A stretch of DNA of 63,920 nt, filler included, from Halocafeteria seosinensis (GCA_001687465.1; 4 parts of 4 records of this genome joined end to end with filler, not necessarily neighbours in it); one strand, 5' to 3'. Shown: positions 50,420 through 63,295, counted from the first letter of the whole stretch. Translations and numbers: made by a program. Notes: generated by a model from the letters alone, not told the origin.

Positions 50420-53400
50420 ATGGCAACAACACCGCGTGCACAAAATGGCGCTCCCGCCACAAGTACCAACATTGGGGTGTATTGCCGCTTAAAGCCAAGG
50501 GACACAAATAGCACAACCGGTCCCGTCCAGCAGCAGACTCATCGCCCATCAAGAAGCTCTACTCCTGTTAAAGGACCAGACGTAGGTAATGGAGTTGTTA
50601 CTCCGAAGAAGACTACCCGGAATTCCGTCTATGGCTCCCGCCGAAGCAGCGTGGCAAAACGTGAAGTGACAGAAAATGAGGAACCAGACGAAGAGGCGTA
50701 CGTAAACGTCGCTTATTTTTGTCTCGACATTGGTCTAGTGGCAGTGGTGAATATTTCCAAAACTATCGCAGATTGTACGTGGATGAACAACAAAATAGCA
50801 TAAGGATTTTGCGGCAGTCCCAGCTTACCCCATCTAAGGAAAGGTAAGATCTAAACGGTACTTTTGACTGAGGTATTATCTCCATCATTATGTTTGGAAA
50901 GGTGTATTTTGTACAGAAGTCAATATGAATTTGATGGAGTGTTCCCTGAAGATTCAAGTCAAGAAGTAATCTTTGACAGATGTGGCAAACCACTGGTGGA
51001 ACAAGCTCTAGAGGGATATACATGGTAAGTCAAGCTTGAGCAATCAGCATGGGTAAGATGGTGTACAGCTTTCATGAGTATCAACCCCTTGGCAGCACAC
51101 TTTTTGCCTACGGACAGACTGGGAGTGGAAAGACTTACACGCTTGAGGGCACAGAACAAAACCCTGGAATTCTGCCCCGAACGGGCAATCTTCTCTTTTA
51201 CTATATCTCGAACTTAGCGGAGGAGTGGGATATCAAGGTTTCGGTACGTAGGCGAACCGCTTTTCATACCTGATACCAAGCGCAAACATCCAGCTTGATG
51301 ATAAGGTGCAGATGTCATCAGTGGAGTTGTATCAGGAGAGATTCAAAGATTTACTAAAAAGCTCTGATCTGTGCTCCAATTCTACTAAAAGGCAGCCAAG
51401 AAAATCACGAACGTCTGTACAATCTAGTACGAACATGGATACTGGAAGAAGGTCTTCTATGGGAATCGATGACACCCTGAAATTAAGAGAAGACCCTTCC
51501 GCGGGTACACACTTGGAAGGGGTTGTTGAGCAAACGGTAGAAAGCGCACAGAGACTAATGGATCTAACGCAACACGCCTCTAACATTCGAGCGACAAGTG
51601 AAACGTCAATGAATAAGGTAAGCTAGTTTGGATATTTTTCTGCTTTTCGGAACCCCATAACCTGTGTTTACATCTTCAACCAGGATTCTTCACGCTCTCA
51701 CGCCATATATACTCTGAAACTTCAAGTAGAATCAAGAAATGGTAGGGAGAAAACAAAGTTTGGGAAGATAATCCTAGTGGACTTGGCTGGATCCGAAATG
51801 GTTAGAAGGACCCAAGCGACGGGTACTGTTCTGGAGGAAGCCAAAAATATCAACAAGTCCCTGTCGGCGTTAGGGAATGTAATCCGCTCCCTAGCGGAGG
51901 GAAAGAACCACGTTCCGTACAGAGACTCGAAACTAACGATGCTGCTGCGAGATGCTCTTGGGGGCAATTCTGTGACAAAATTACTGGTCACCGGAACAAT
52001 GAGTTCTAAGGTAAGAGTGCATCCGAAACTCAGCAATTCCGTCTTCGTATTTTTGCATCCACGGAATACTACAGGATATTGCTGAAACAACCTCGTCAAT
52101 GCGGTTTGCCATGAGTGCAAAACAAATAAAGAACCGGGCTGAGATCTCTGTGGCCAAGAGCATCGAGGACTATCAACAAGTGAGTTTCCCCTCCAGCATG
52201 CGGGTACAGTACTGCTCACACGGGACTGCTAACTCGATCTTACGCAGATCCTATCCGATTTAGAGTATCGTCTAAAGATGATCACTAGAGAACGAGATTT
52301 TTATAAGAAGAGATTATCCGAAATTTCCAATGGCTCTCTGGACGATTGTGGCGGAACTGGCACGGAAAACTTAAGGCGAGCAAAATCTACGGGTAGTCCG
52401 TGCAGACCCCCGCCAACCCCTCTTTCTTCCAAGAAGAAGAATGAGATTTCTTCGACGTTCCGTGATAGCAGAGTTAGCAGGAGTGGCAGGCCTCCCCAAA
52501 CACCCAGAAAAGACGACTCTAATGACTATGAGGGCTGTGAAAAACAATTGTGCTACCCTATTTCTCCTGCTCGGGACGCGCATGGCGCAGAAACGAGCAC
52601 GCTTGAGCTACGATTGGCTAACGCTGAAGCGGAAAAAGCACGCTTAGACTCTGAGTTGGCATCCAGTCAAGCAAAAATCGCTGAGCTGCAAGAGGAGAAA
52701 AACAAGTATCTATATCGGCAGGAAGAACTTACTACCTACACTGAGCAACTTAAAGAAGAAATCCAAGAGATGAGACTTGAGAACGAAAAACTTCGTGGGG
52801 AAGGGAGAGAGCTCCAGCTGAATCGTGATCAGCTACAGAACCAAATCGAAGAATACAATAACGTTGACGCTAACAAGGGCGAGGAAATAGCGAAGCTAAA
52901 GCAGGAAGTTGAGTCACTTTTTAACCAGAACAAGACGTTACGGCATAACTTAAATGAGGCACAGGAAATGAAGGAGCAACTAGAAGCAAGAGCGAATTCT
53001 AGCGAAGAGACCGCTGAACACCGCCGGGGAGAGATTCAGGAAGTCTCAGCTAGGCTCAAGGACGCAGACCACAGGGTCTCCAACTTGGAGGATAAAGTCC
53101 AAGAGTGGAAGGAAAGAGCCGAAGAAGCTGAATGCAGCCAGAGCAGACTGCAGGCGGAAAACAAAGCAAACGCTGAAGAGATTCAGTGTTTGATGGACGA
53201 CGTTTGCAAATTACAGTCAGACAATACTTCAGCAGTGCAAAGCGAAAACAAGGAGGTTTTGGAGCTTACACGGAATTTACAAGAGTTAGAGAAAGGAAAG
53301 ACAAGCTCTGAACAGGAGGCCCAGGATCTGCGGGGGCAGCTTCGAGAAGCAATTGAGACTTCCGACTCACGTAAGAACAAGCTTACGTTAGTTCTAGATA

Positions 53401-55793
53401 AGAAGAAGTACCTAGAAAATGAGCTAGAGGAAGCTCGCGCCAGGAACCAAACTCTCGAAGCTGCTCTCAGCGAAGCCAGGCAGGCACTTTCCGAAGCTAG
53501 CAACAGAGAAGAAGCACTAAACGAGGAAAAAGAATCCATCAAGCACCAGCTGAGAGACGTACTCAACGACGTGGAGCGATTAGAATCCGATGCGGCGAAA
53601 TCAGAGGAAGCGAAAGAACGACTTGACACCAGGTGCTCTGATCTGTGTGTCACCATTCAGAAACTGAACGACCGCATCCAGCTTGCACAGGAGGATGCTA
53701 GCTCCAGCTGCCGCGAGAAAAAAGAATGTCATGAAAGGGCTAAGGATTTGGACTTTCGACTACAAACTACTTCGGAAGATATGCGTGTTGCTGAGAGCAA
53801 GCTATCCCAGGCTAGAAACGAAGCTTCAGCACGAGATGAGATCTTATCTTCGTTGCGTGAGGAGAACCGGCTCCGTCAAGTCCAGCTAGAAGAGCTCTGT
53901 GACCTTTTCAAAAACCATGAATCGCAACTTGTAAAGAGTGAACACGAAAATACGAAATTAGGAATGCTCCTAAAAGAGCAGCGGGGGCACTATCTAAGAG
54001 AGAAGCTATCCTATAAAGCTCAGGTCGATGGCTTTGAGGCTAAGTTTGAAGAAGCAAAGTGTAAAATGGATGGGTTGACTGAGCAGTATCATTTGCTCCA
54101 GGAAGATTACAGATCTAACCAAGCTGAGATGCAGAGAAGATTGGAGTCACTTTCCAAAGAAATGGAGAGTACTGGACAAGAGAATTCGATGCTGCAGCAG
54201 GGAACCGAAAGACTCGAAAAAGACAACCATAGAATTCAGGCTGAAACTGCTCGAGTAAATGAAGAACTGTTTGAAGCAAAATCCGAGCTTTCGCGAGCTA
54301 ACATCACAATGCAGGATAAAAACAAGAAGCTCACGCCGGAGGCTTCCGATATTGACACTGCCAAATGCCCGAGGAGCCAACTGGAAACGTTGGAAAAAAC
54401 GAAGACAGGTCTCGACCCGTCGTCAAGGCGATACCAAGCTGCTTACAGTCGTCTGGTCAAGGCAACAAGCGTGTCAGAATCAATCAAAGGAAAAGAGCTG
54501 CATGCTGGGAAGAGAAAGTGCAACACTGCAGGAGAGAGCAGAGAGGAGAGGGCCAAAGTCCAGCAACTGGAAGATAAAAATCGTTTCCTCCAAGCAGAAA
54601 ATGAGAACCTTTCGCAAGGTCTTCAACGAGTGTCTACGGAGAAAGATATTTCAGTAGCACGGGCGATCAAACTGAAGGCAGATATCTTTCAGATCCAACA
54701 GGATACTAGGCAATGGAAACCGACAAATCTGCAGCTGGTGAGTAAACGTTTGGTAAATATACCCCCGACATGTTCGAACAACAACCAGACAACCGAAGGT
54801 TCTCAGGCTAACCCGAGTTCGGCCGCTCAGCTTGTCGTTAGAGTCAATAGCGCCGAATCAGAAAACATCAAACTCAACGCAGAAGTTGCCAATGAGTCCC
54901 GGGCACATGCGCACAGCAAAGTCCTGATTGAATCACTCCGGCGACAAGTAGACATGTTGGAGCAACGTGTGTCTACTCTTAGAACTATCCTTTTCGAAGA
55001 TGAGAGACTCGATGAAAACGAACATAGTCTTGATAACTCGAGAGTACGATACAGTGGCGATGCACAAAACGAGTTACTGCTGGAGGAATGTTCCGCTCTA
55101 AGAGTTGCTTTGAATAGGGAGCGAGAAGCGGTCAAGAGCTTAATTAATGATTCGGACAGGCCAGTGGACGGCCGCAATCCGGTATCATCTAAACTGAAAT
55201 ACAAATGCCAGATATACAAACTGAAGAAGAAAATAAAGGCGCTAGAAGACTGTACCCGCCACAGCAATTCGGAACTGATCAAGGCAAAGGAGCATGAGGA
55301 AGTCTTACAATCGCAGCTGCAGATGTACAAGTGGTCCGCTGAAAGGTGGCAGCAGCAGCTCCTAGAAACGCAGCGAAAACAAGATGCACTGCATAGTGAT
55401 ATGTACGCGGAGATACTCCGTCTTCAAGGCCAGCGGAACGCATACAGTGAAGATTGCGCACAAATAATGGCTATGGTCCAGGATAAATTCCGTGAGAAAA
55501 ATTCTTTGCAAATGGAAAGCCATGAGAATAGTTGCTCCCAAGAGCTACGCAGAGCGGAGCGAAACACTGAATGCAGCGAGCTCCGTGGCAGCGGGTTCTC
55601 TCCATTTGCTGTACATTTACGAAAGCACAAGACAGTTACAGTTACGCAGCGGAGCCAGAAGCAGTACCCGAATGCGAAACGCAACCTTTCTGCCAACAGG
55701 CCTGAGGTACTATCCCCTTTGGCCCAAAACTCGAGGAAGTATGACAGCCCTCAGTGCGGCTCTAGTCCCTCGGATGCAATCATGGGCCTCTGA
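50420..55793 (+). CDS. Kinesin with N-terminal motor and long coiled coil
   Basis: [54 protein letters not shown]; 1171-aa coiled-coil last exon. Confidence 0.92.
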
Positions 55794-55916
55794 GGGTCAC
55801 TTGATAACACACGTCTCACACGGTAAGTAGCCCTGGTACGAACTGGCGTCGGATCTAGTAGCAGGCTTATGGGAAAAATAAGACCAATTGTTGCAATGCT
55901 GGATGACTGTACAGTA

Positions 55917-58900
55917 TCATTGTTTCGGAGACGATGCATTCTTTTTCCAGGGCCTTCCCGTTCTGTTCCTGCGTCGCCCCCAAATATTTTTATCTGGCCG
56001 AAATTTTCTGGCGGCTCTAGCTGCACTAGCTACTGGGGAGTTGGGCCGCATCACTTGGTCTGCTGGTAGTTCCGCCATCTGAACCTTCTGCTTCGGTTCT
56101 TCTGGCGGATCCACACGCATTTGTTTAAATTCCACCTTACTGTTGTTCGTTAGCCTTCTAGTTCTTTGAGAGTTATCATCACAAGGTGTTCGGAGTCCCC
56201 CTTCACTGGCAATGCTTGGTAGCTGCTCGTGTTGCTTCGATTCTTCGTCATGTGGAAGATCACGTCCATTTCTTGTTCTGTCGCTCGATTCGGATACATT
56301 GATTCGAATTATCGGAGGCGGCTCTGCAAGCACTGACGCTCTCCATTGAAGCAATTTCAATGCAGCCCGGTGGCTAGTACTTAGTTGAGAGCTAACAATT
56401 TCGTTGGTGTTGGTGATTGTTGAATCCTCTGTACCACCCGAAGGACTTCTCAGTGAGACAATTCTCCAAGCATTGGGGTGGCTCTCCACGCTCCTGTCAA
56501 ATTCAACGAATGTGAGTGGTTCGACCGAGCCTGACCGTGCCGACATGCTTTCAGCGTCCGTGGGAGGAGGGGCCAGAGGGTTGATGCCACGCACTGGGTT
56601 TATACTATCCCGCTCACTGCGTTCAGTACCGGGACTGAGTAACATTCCCCGATGCTCCAGTCTGCAGTCTCTGTTGTCCGGATTCGCGACTAGCCTCATT
56701 ACTTTGATAGGTCTCCCCAACTTTTCCGCATATATCTGCTTAATGTCATCTGCTCGGGCAGAGTTACTGCGGTTATACCGTCTCCTAACGAAAACAAACA
56801 CCAACATCACAATCAAAGCCAGAAGCAGTATGCCGGGGACACCAGCAGAAACTGCCATCCTGCCTATTTCTTGGTTTGCATGACCCGCCGGATTTGGCTG
56901 GCAGGATGCATCAGTATCAGTGGCACTAGTTCCGCTTCTGCAAGAGATGCACCGTGTTTGTGATCCGTCGGGAACCGCACCTTGCCCACACGAGTAACAT
57001 ACTGAATCATTTGATCGTGATACTTCGTACGGAGCGCAGGAGATACAAGCCGACCGCTGACTGTTGGGGATGCTACCACTACTGCACAAACTGCATTCTG
57101 CATCAATATTGCTAGCGACTTCGTACTCGGAACAGTTGAAGCAGCTATCTTGGGTCGCCGAAGGAACGTAGCCGTCACCGCATGTTTGGCATTCTGAATG
57201 TCTCTCCGTTGCAAACTGATGTGGTTCACATTCATGGCACTCACTCTGATGTGAATTCGGCACGACTCCTTTGCCACAGGAAGTGCAGATAGCGTCTTCC
57301 TTACCGGAAATTCGATTTGGTGCGCACTGGCGGCACGATGCTGCAGATTCATCAGGGACCACTCCGACACCACACCTGTAACATGCAGCATCAGTTCCTG
57401 CAGCCACCTCAAATCTCCTGCAAGATACGCACTCTGCTTGATGAGTATCTGGAACAAAACCAGGCTGGCACGTTTTACAAAATGCATCCTTAGCTGATGC
57501 CACTTCGAAGTCGAGACAGTGCTCACATCCATCCTTGTTCAAGTTAGGAACCTTGCCATCACCACAGAGACTACACCCGATGGCACCACTTTCGGAAAAC
57601 AAATGAGACGGGCAATCCTCACAAACACCAGTGGAAGCGTTAGCAAATTGACCTTTGCCACACTCGTAGCACACAGGCTCCAGCGGCCCAGAACCACTAT
57701 TTTGAGGGCACGTCTCGCACTCTCCTCGATCTTTGCTGGGGACCCTACCAGCTCCACAAGACCGACAGATCGTATCCGTGACAGTCGCGATATAATTCCC
57801 AAAACACTGTACACAAGCACTGCGATCCCCGTTTGGAACGCTACCCAGTCCGCAAGCACGGCACTGCTCATCCCCTACAGCCGCATATTCCCAGGCACTA
57901 CAATTTTGACAATAGTCTTTGGTAGAAGACGGAATTGTTCCAACTCCACAATCATGACATTCAGCATCCGTTGATCCGGCCATCTGAGACTCCGCACAAG
58001 ACATACACTCTCCTTGATTGGAGGTTGGCACCATGCCTTTCTCGCATACTCGACAGGTTTCATCGTTTCGACCAGCAACTTTGTAATCAAGACATGCCTC
58101 GCATCCATTTCGTGTAGCATTGGGAATCATTCCAGGACCGCAACGGTAACAAATGTCGTCTTGATCTCCAGCATACATGTTATCCGTACACGATTTACAC
58201 CCAGCTTGATCTCCATTGGGTACTTTCCCGGGACCACACATCTGACAAACACTGTCCGTCGAGGAGGCCACGAGGTGCGGAGGGCAAGTAGTACATTCGC
58301 TCTGCTCATCATTGGGAACTTTACCCTCGCCGCAGGCATGACATTCAGCATCGTCTTGAGTTGCGTATTCCCAGTTGCTACATGTTTGGCATTCACCGCT
58401 CCAGGGACCGGGAACCTGCCCAGGGTCGCACGTGGAACAGCCTTCATCGTCCTCCGCAGCTACCTGATTCTTTGAACAAGTTCGGCAACTACCTTGGGTC
58501 TCTGTAGGAACCCTCCCACGTCCGCATGACCGGCACATATAGTCAGTCGTATGTGCAATTTGATGCACTTCGCAAAGCTCGCAGTCGCTTTTGACATTGT
58601 TCGGCACCTTCCCTATACCACAGCTGTGGCATTCGTCGTCGCCTTCAGTGGCATATTCCCAGGCACTACAATTTTGACAATAGGCTTTGGTAGAAGACGG
58701 AATTGTTCCAACTCCACAATCGTGACATTCAGCATCCGTTGATTCGGCGATCTGAGACTCCGCACAAGACATACACTCTCCTTGATTGGAGGTTGGCACC
58801 ATGCCTTTCTCGCATACTCGACAGGTTTCATCGTTTCGACCAGCAACTTTGTAATCAAGACATGCCTCGCATCCGTTTCGCGTAGCATTGGGAATCATTC

Positions 58901-59200
58901 CAGGACCGCAACGGTAACAAATGTCGTCTTGATCTCCAGCATACATGTTATCCGTACACGATTTACACCCAGCTTGATCTCCATTGGGTACTTTCCCGGG
59001 ACCACACATCTGACAAACACTGTCCGTCGAGGAGGCCACGAGGTGCGGAGGGCAAGAGGTGCATTCGCTCTGCTCATCATTGGGAACTTTACCCTCGCCG
59101 CAGGCATGACATTCTTTATCTTGTTCAGTAGCAAACTCCGACGCACTACAATTTTGACAATAGTCTTTGGTAGAAGACGGAATTGTTCCAACTCCACAAT
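55917..59200 (-). CDS. Cys-rich repeat type I membrane protein; 5' end lost in the gap
   Basis: Dozens of CxxC..G.VP....C units, a TM helix (VPGILLLALIVMLVFVFV-RRR) and a cytoplasmic tail. Internal near-exact duplication at 768-bp offset (identical ORFs 57935-58117 and 58703-58885). Confidence 0.88.
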
Positions 59201-59300
59201 NNNNNNNNNNNNNNNNNNNNNNNNNNNNNNNNNNNNNNNNNNNNTTAATTAATTAANNNNNNNNNNNNNNNNNNNNNNNNNNNNNNNNNNNNNNNNNNNN
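59201..59300. other. Artificial contig spacer
   Basis: N run with TTAATTAATTAA. Confidence 0.97.
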
Positions 59301-59657
59301 CAGCAAGACGGCGATGGTAATGTCGTAACAGGTAGTGGAAGAGGACACCAGAACGTTCAAAATATGGTAAATTTAATTAAACAGGCTAAGAAGAAGAGAC
59401 GAGCAGGTGGAGCTAAAAATCCTTTTAAAGAAATTAAGAAAGGAATAGACTTTTTCAAGAAGCTAGGAAAGAAAGGTAATACTAAGAATAATGTAGGTAA
59501 AGACCATTTTGACGACGAAACCATTGATGGTTTATTGCTAGCTACACCCGAGGAGAAGCGAAAACTTAAGAAACAACAACAAAAGAGAAAAAAGAAAGGT
59601 AAAGGAGGACAGAAGAAACAAGTAGCCCAAGAGAAACTAAAAAAAAAGCTTAGATAA
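59301..59657 (+). CDS. Lys-rich viral core-like protein, 5'-truncated
   Basis: Frame open from the contig start (QQDGDGNVVTGSGRGH...). Very basic, with Gly motifs VTGSG, RAGG and GKGG. Confidence 0.6.
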   Translation, partial: QQDGDGNVVTGSGRGHQNVQNMVNLIKQAKKKRRAGGAKNPFKEIKKGIDFFKKLGKKGNTKNNVGKDHFDDETIDGLLLATPEEKRKLKKQQQKRKKKGKGGQKKQVAQEKLKKKLR

Positions 59658-59681
59658 GAATATAAACTAACAAACCGAGTA

Positions 59682-59837
59682 ATGGAGGTAGTAACATACA
59701 TTATGATATGTCTTTCAAGTATTATAGCCACCGGAACCCCTGTATTATATAAATACATACGAAAATCTCGTTGCCAGAGTCAATGTTCACATGACGGTCA
59801 GAAATGCGATTGTAAAAAATCAGCGGATACTGTATAA
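59682..59837 (+). CDS. 51-aa single-pass membrane protein with a KSRC Cys-rich tail
   Basis: MEVVTYIMICLSSIIATGTPVLYKYIRKSRCQSQCSHDGQKCDCKKSADTV*. Fills the gap between neighbours and ends 5 nt before the protease ATG. Below the ORF-track cutoff. Confidence 0.7.
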   Translation: MEVVTYIMICLSSIIATGTPVLYKYIRKSRCQSQCSHDGQKCDCKKSADTV

Positions 59838-59842
59838 GAAGA

Positions 59843-60397
59843 ATGAAGATAGACAAGGCTGAAATAAATAGGTTGATGAACATAGCACTGAGTGAATCTC
59901 AGTTACAGGAATATACCCCTCATAAAGTACCAATAATTAGTTACAATCAGATTTATGATAAGACGATTCCTGCGTGGTTAAAGCCAGAGAAAGCATTGAT
60001 AATGTTATATTTACAAGAAGCAAGCGTGGGGCATTGGACGTGCTTAATAGAGCATCCAGACACATTTGAATATTTTGATAGTTACGGACACGCACCCGAC
60101 GAACCATTGACTTGGAATTCAGAAGCTAAGAATATTCAGCTAGGGCAACCTTCACCTTATATATTGGATAGCATCCCTACATTATCTAAACCATTGATTT
60201 ATAATGACAAAGTACTTCAATTGAAGAAGAATTGTAGTCAGACCTGCGGTAGGTACGTTTTACTGCGGGTAGTATTAAAAGACTTGACACTGGAGGAGTT
60301 CATTAACTATTTAAAGTATGTAAGAGACGAATATGACCTGAAGAACTTTGATAGAACAGTGAGCTTTTTAACAAGTGAACTTGACGAACAACAATGA
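59843..60397 (+). CDS. Viral maturation cysteine protease (adenain/Ulp1 clan CE, virophage type)
   Basis: LYLQ...GHWTCL (His), EYFDSYG (Asp), LQ...TCGRY (Gln, Cys); 184 aa, intact. Confidence 0.9.
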   Translation: MKIDKAEINRLMNIALSESQLQEYTPHKVPIISYNQIYDKTIPAWLKPEKALIMLYLQEASVGHWTCLIEHPDTFEYFDSYGHAPDEPLTWNSEAKNIQLGQPSPYILDSIPTLSKPLIYNDKVLQLKKNCSQTCGRYVLLRVVLKDLTLEEFINYLKYVRDEYDLKNFDRTVSFLTSELDEQQ

Positions 60398-60678
60398 ACT
60401 TTGAGAAGCTAAGGGATAAAATTAAATTAATTTGTCCCTTTACTACATAACTAGGATTTCTACCCTTCTTACGCAGGAGGGGGACAGGGACAAAAAATTT
60501 AGATATTTGTATACATATTTACATAATATATATACACTCTTTTTTAGTTTTTGTATATATGAAAGAGATATATTTTTTTGTCTTTTTTGTCCTTTTTGTC
60601 CCCAACTAGGGTTTATATCGCAATTACATAGGAGGGCAGAAATTTATTTTTCTGCCCTCAATCATTATTTTCAGCCCC
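60381..60678. repeat. About 300-bp diverged direct repeat, copy 1 (origin-like, with hairpin)
   Basis: Colinear with 62739-63029. GGGACA/TGTCCC-type motifs flank a TA-rich core. Hairpin GAGGGCAGAAA-n6-TTTCTGCCCTC at 60632-60659. Confidence 0.85.
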
Positions 60679-60714
60679 AATAAATATAATGAAGAAGAAA
60701 CTAAGTGTATTAGT

Positions 60715-61961
60715 TTACTTAGGGTTTCGTCCAGTATTTCTACTACTTCCAGAAGCACTTGTTGGTTGTTCAGGTGTACTTAGACCTACAGCAGAGGCAC
60801 TCTTCGTTCTTTCTGAATTAAGTTTCTGAAGTACTTCTCTGATACAACTTGCTTTTCCCTCAAAGGTGGGCATATCAATAAGGTCTTTCCGAATGCTTTC
60901 AATAATATTAATCTGCGGATAAGAGCGCATGTCGCAGTTGCTAACAAGGGAGTGTGGCATGCGGAACATACCTCCGTTTTGAAATTTTCATCAATGGAGT
61001 CTTCACTCTCGCTCAAAATAAAACCGGACAGACAGTTAATGTTGTTAATGTTATCCTCAAATCGTCTAACGTTAAACAACTGCTCCACAGGCGTTACAAT
61101 CTCTGAAGAGATTGTAATATACTTACCGGCACACTCCAGCCATTTTCGTTCATCTTCGCCAAGTACTTTATCACCCGCGTGCTCAATCGCTTTGTTCAGT
61201 AATTTTTCAACATCGCTCTCATCTTCACCAACTTCAGTGCTTTCACCACCACCGCTATCATCAATATGTTCACCAAGTTCAGCACCTTTACCATCATCAA
61301 TATCTTCACCAAATTCAGCTTCATTACCACCACCAATATCTTCACCAAATTCAGCTTCATTACCACCACAGTTCTTGACTTTCTCAATATCTTCAATACT
61401 CTTGATGCGTTTGCTGAGCAAAGCAATATGACCAAACGATTTTTCGTATTCATCCACGTAGATTTCTGCTTCTAACGCTTGATTTTCCTTGCGTTTTTTT
61501 GACTTCTCCCAACTTCTCCGTTGTTTTTTGTCCTCCGGGGGATTGTTCAAATCGTCTCTCAAGGAACAATAACGTCTTTTCTTGTTAATGTAATCAGTTG
61601 TGCTCTGCTTTAACTGGGAAAGACCGCCCAAAAAGACGCACAGTGCGTCCGGAGAAACAAGTATGTTGGGAGGCACAGCACCTACCAAAAGCTTATGAAC
61701 ATCGTGGCTTGTAACCCCCTTGTTATTCATAGCAAGTACCCTTTTTAGCTTTGAGACTTGGAAGTTAAACTCCAATCTCTTCTTGAGAACGCTTTTTTTG
61801 GCGTTGTTTCTCAACAACGTGGGTAAGTCACACTCATTGGTAGTGGCTTCAACAATCTGCCGGTCTTGAAGGTACTTAGCTTCATCAACGTCTTTACGAG
61901 CTAGTTTGATTGAAGCGCGAAACTCTTCATCCTCCCCTTCATCAATGTTTCTCTTAGTCAT
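60715..61961 (-). CDS. Unknown acidic protein with 12-aa repeats and one predicted spliceosomal intron (60913-60971)
   Basis: ATG 61961 (MTKRNID). GTATGT...CCGCAG, 59 nt, joins ENFKTE to INIIESIRK in the frame of ORF 60715-60969. GGNEAEFGEDI repeats. Confidence 0.7.
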
Positions 61962-61968
61962 TTCTTCT

Positions 61969-62065
61969 TCCCGCACCGAACCCAAGAACAAGAACAAATA
62001 GGAGTTCTCTGGAACAAATGTTTTCCCGCACAGAACAAGAACAAATAGGGGTTCTTTGGAACAAA
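61969..62065. repeat. Tandem duplication of about 45-55 bp upstream of the 61961 gene
   Basis: TTCCCGCAC..AGAACAAGAACAAATAGGRGTTCTYTGGAACAAA occurs twice. Confidence 0.8.
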
Positions 62066-62738
62066 AGGCTTTCAGCGATACTTACGATAGAACCAAACCA
62101 CAATTACAATGAAACCACAGTACAGTTAGACCCCCAATGTAAATCCCCAGTTAAATTAGTGAAGAAAAATGAAGGAAACACGTTTTTTGCTTTGGCTTTC
62201 TCAAGGACCGGAGTTTAGGCCGATATTATCAATCCCAAATTATTGAACCAACTACTTTTTTTCTATAGGAAACCAGCTCTTTGAGCAGTTTAACCGCCCA
62301 TACCACCCGAAAACTGTCTAAAAACCGTCACTTATCTCCGTTCAACCCGAATATACACGATACAAAAGTCTCTCTACAACCAAACAAATAACATAACGAG
62401 CTTACCCACTTCATTTTAGCAAGGTTCCGACAAGTCCGACCTCAAAACTCGCTTTATAAAGACACCAACGGGGCATCTAGACTTCAACAGAGCCTCAACG
62501 ACTTAACCACCCCAATATACACTATGAAGGGAACCATATATTACCCTATAACTTACCATACTGCTAGAATATCATATGGACGATAACATACTGAAAAAGG
62601 AGGGCTGTAGATGCTGTAATTAATGAGGTATGAGTATCAACCTGTTTTGAAGCTCCTTTGGAGCCGATGGGGCACACAGTAGGGACACAGGAGACGATAT
62701 ATAGCAAGTTTGAGGAGTGAGCTTTTCAAAGAGGGAGA

Positions 62739-63029
62739 TTGACGAACAATGAACTTTGAAGAAACTAGGGGATAGAATTAAATTAGTTTGCCCTTTCCTA
62801 CATAGTAGGGATTTTTACCCTTCTTATATAGGGAGGGGCAAGGGCAGAAAAAATCAATATTTATATATATATAAAAACATAGTAAGCATATACTCTCTTT
62901 TAGTTTGTATATATATAATGTAAATTTTTTTGTCCCTTTTATCCCTTTTATCCCTAAATAGGGTTTATACCGCAATTACATAGGAGGGCAGAAAATTATT
63001 TTCTGCCCTTTAAATTATATTTTAGCCCC
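62739..63029. repeat. About 300-bp diverged direct repeat, copy 2
   Basis: Starts TTGACGAACAATGAACTTTGA like copy 1, has the same motif order, and keeps the hairpin AGGGCAGAAAA-tta-TTTTCTGCCCT. Confidence 0.85.
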
Positions 63030-63295
63030 GAAAGCCATTATACACCAACGAGAGAGCGACAACTGAGGGGAGGGGATTAATCTTTTGATGGTCACCGAAG
63101 AAGAGCACGACAATTTAGCGATGAATTACATTGAAAATTACACCTACAATTTAGCGATGAATTTAATAAAAATTACACTGAAAATTACACCTATAATTTA
63201 ACTTATAGCCGGCATTTTTTATTATTTTTTATTAAATAAATCCGGCATTTTATATTAAAATCCGGCATAAATTATTATATGCTGGTTAAAATGCC

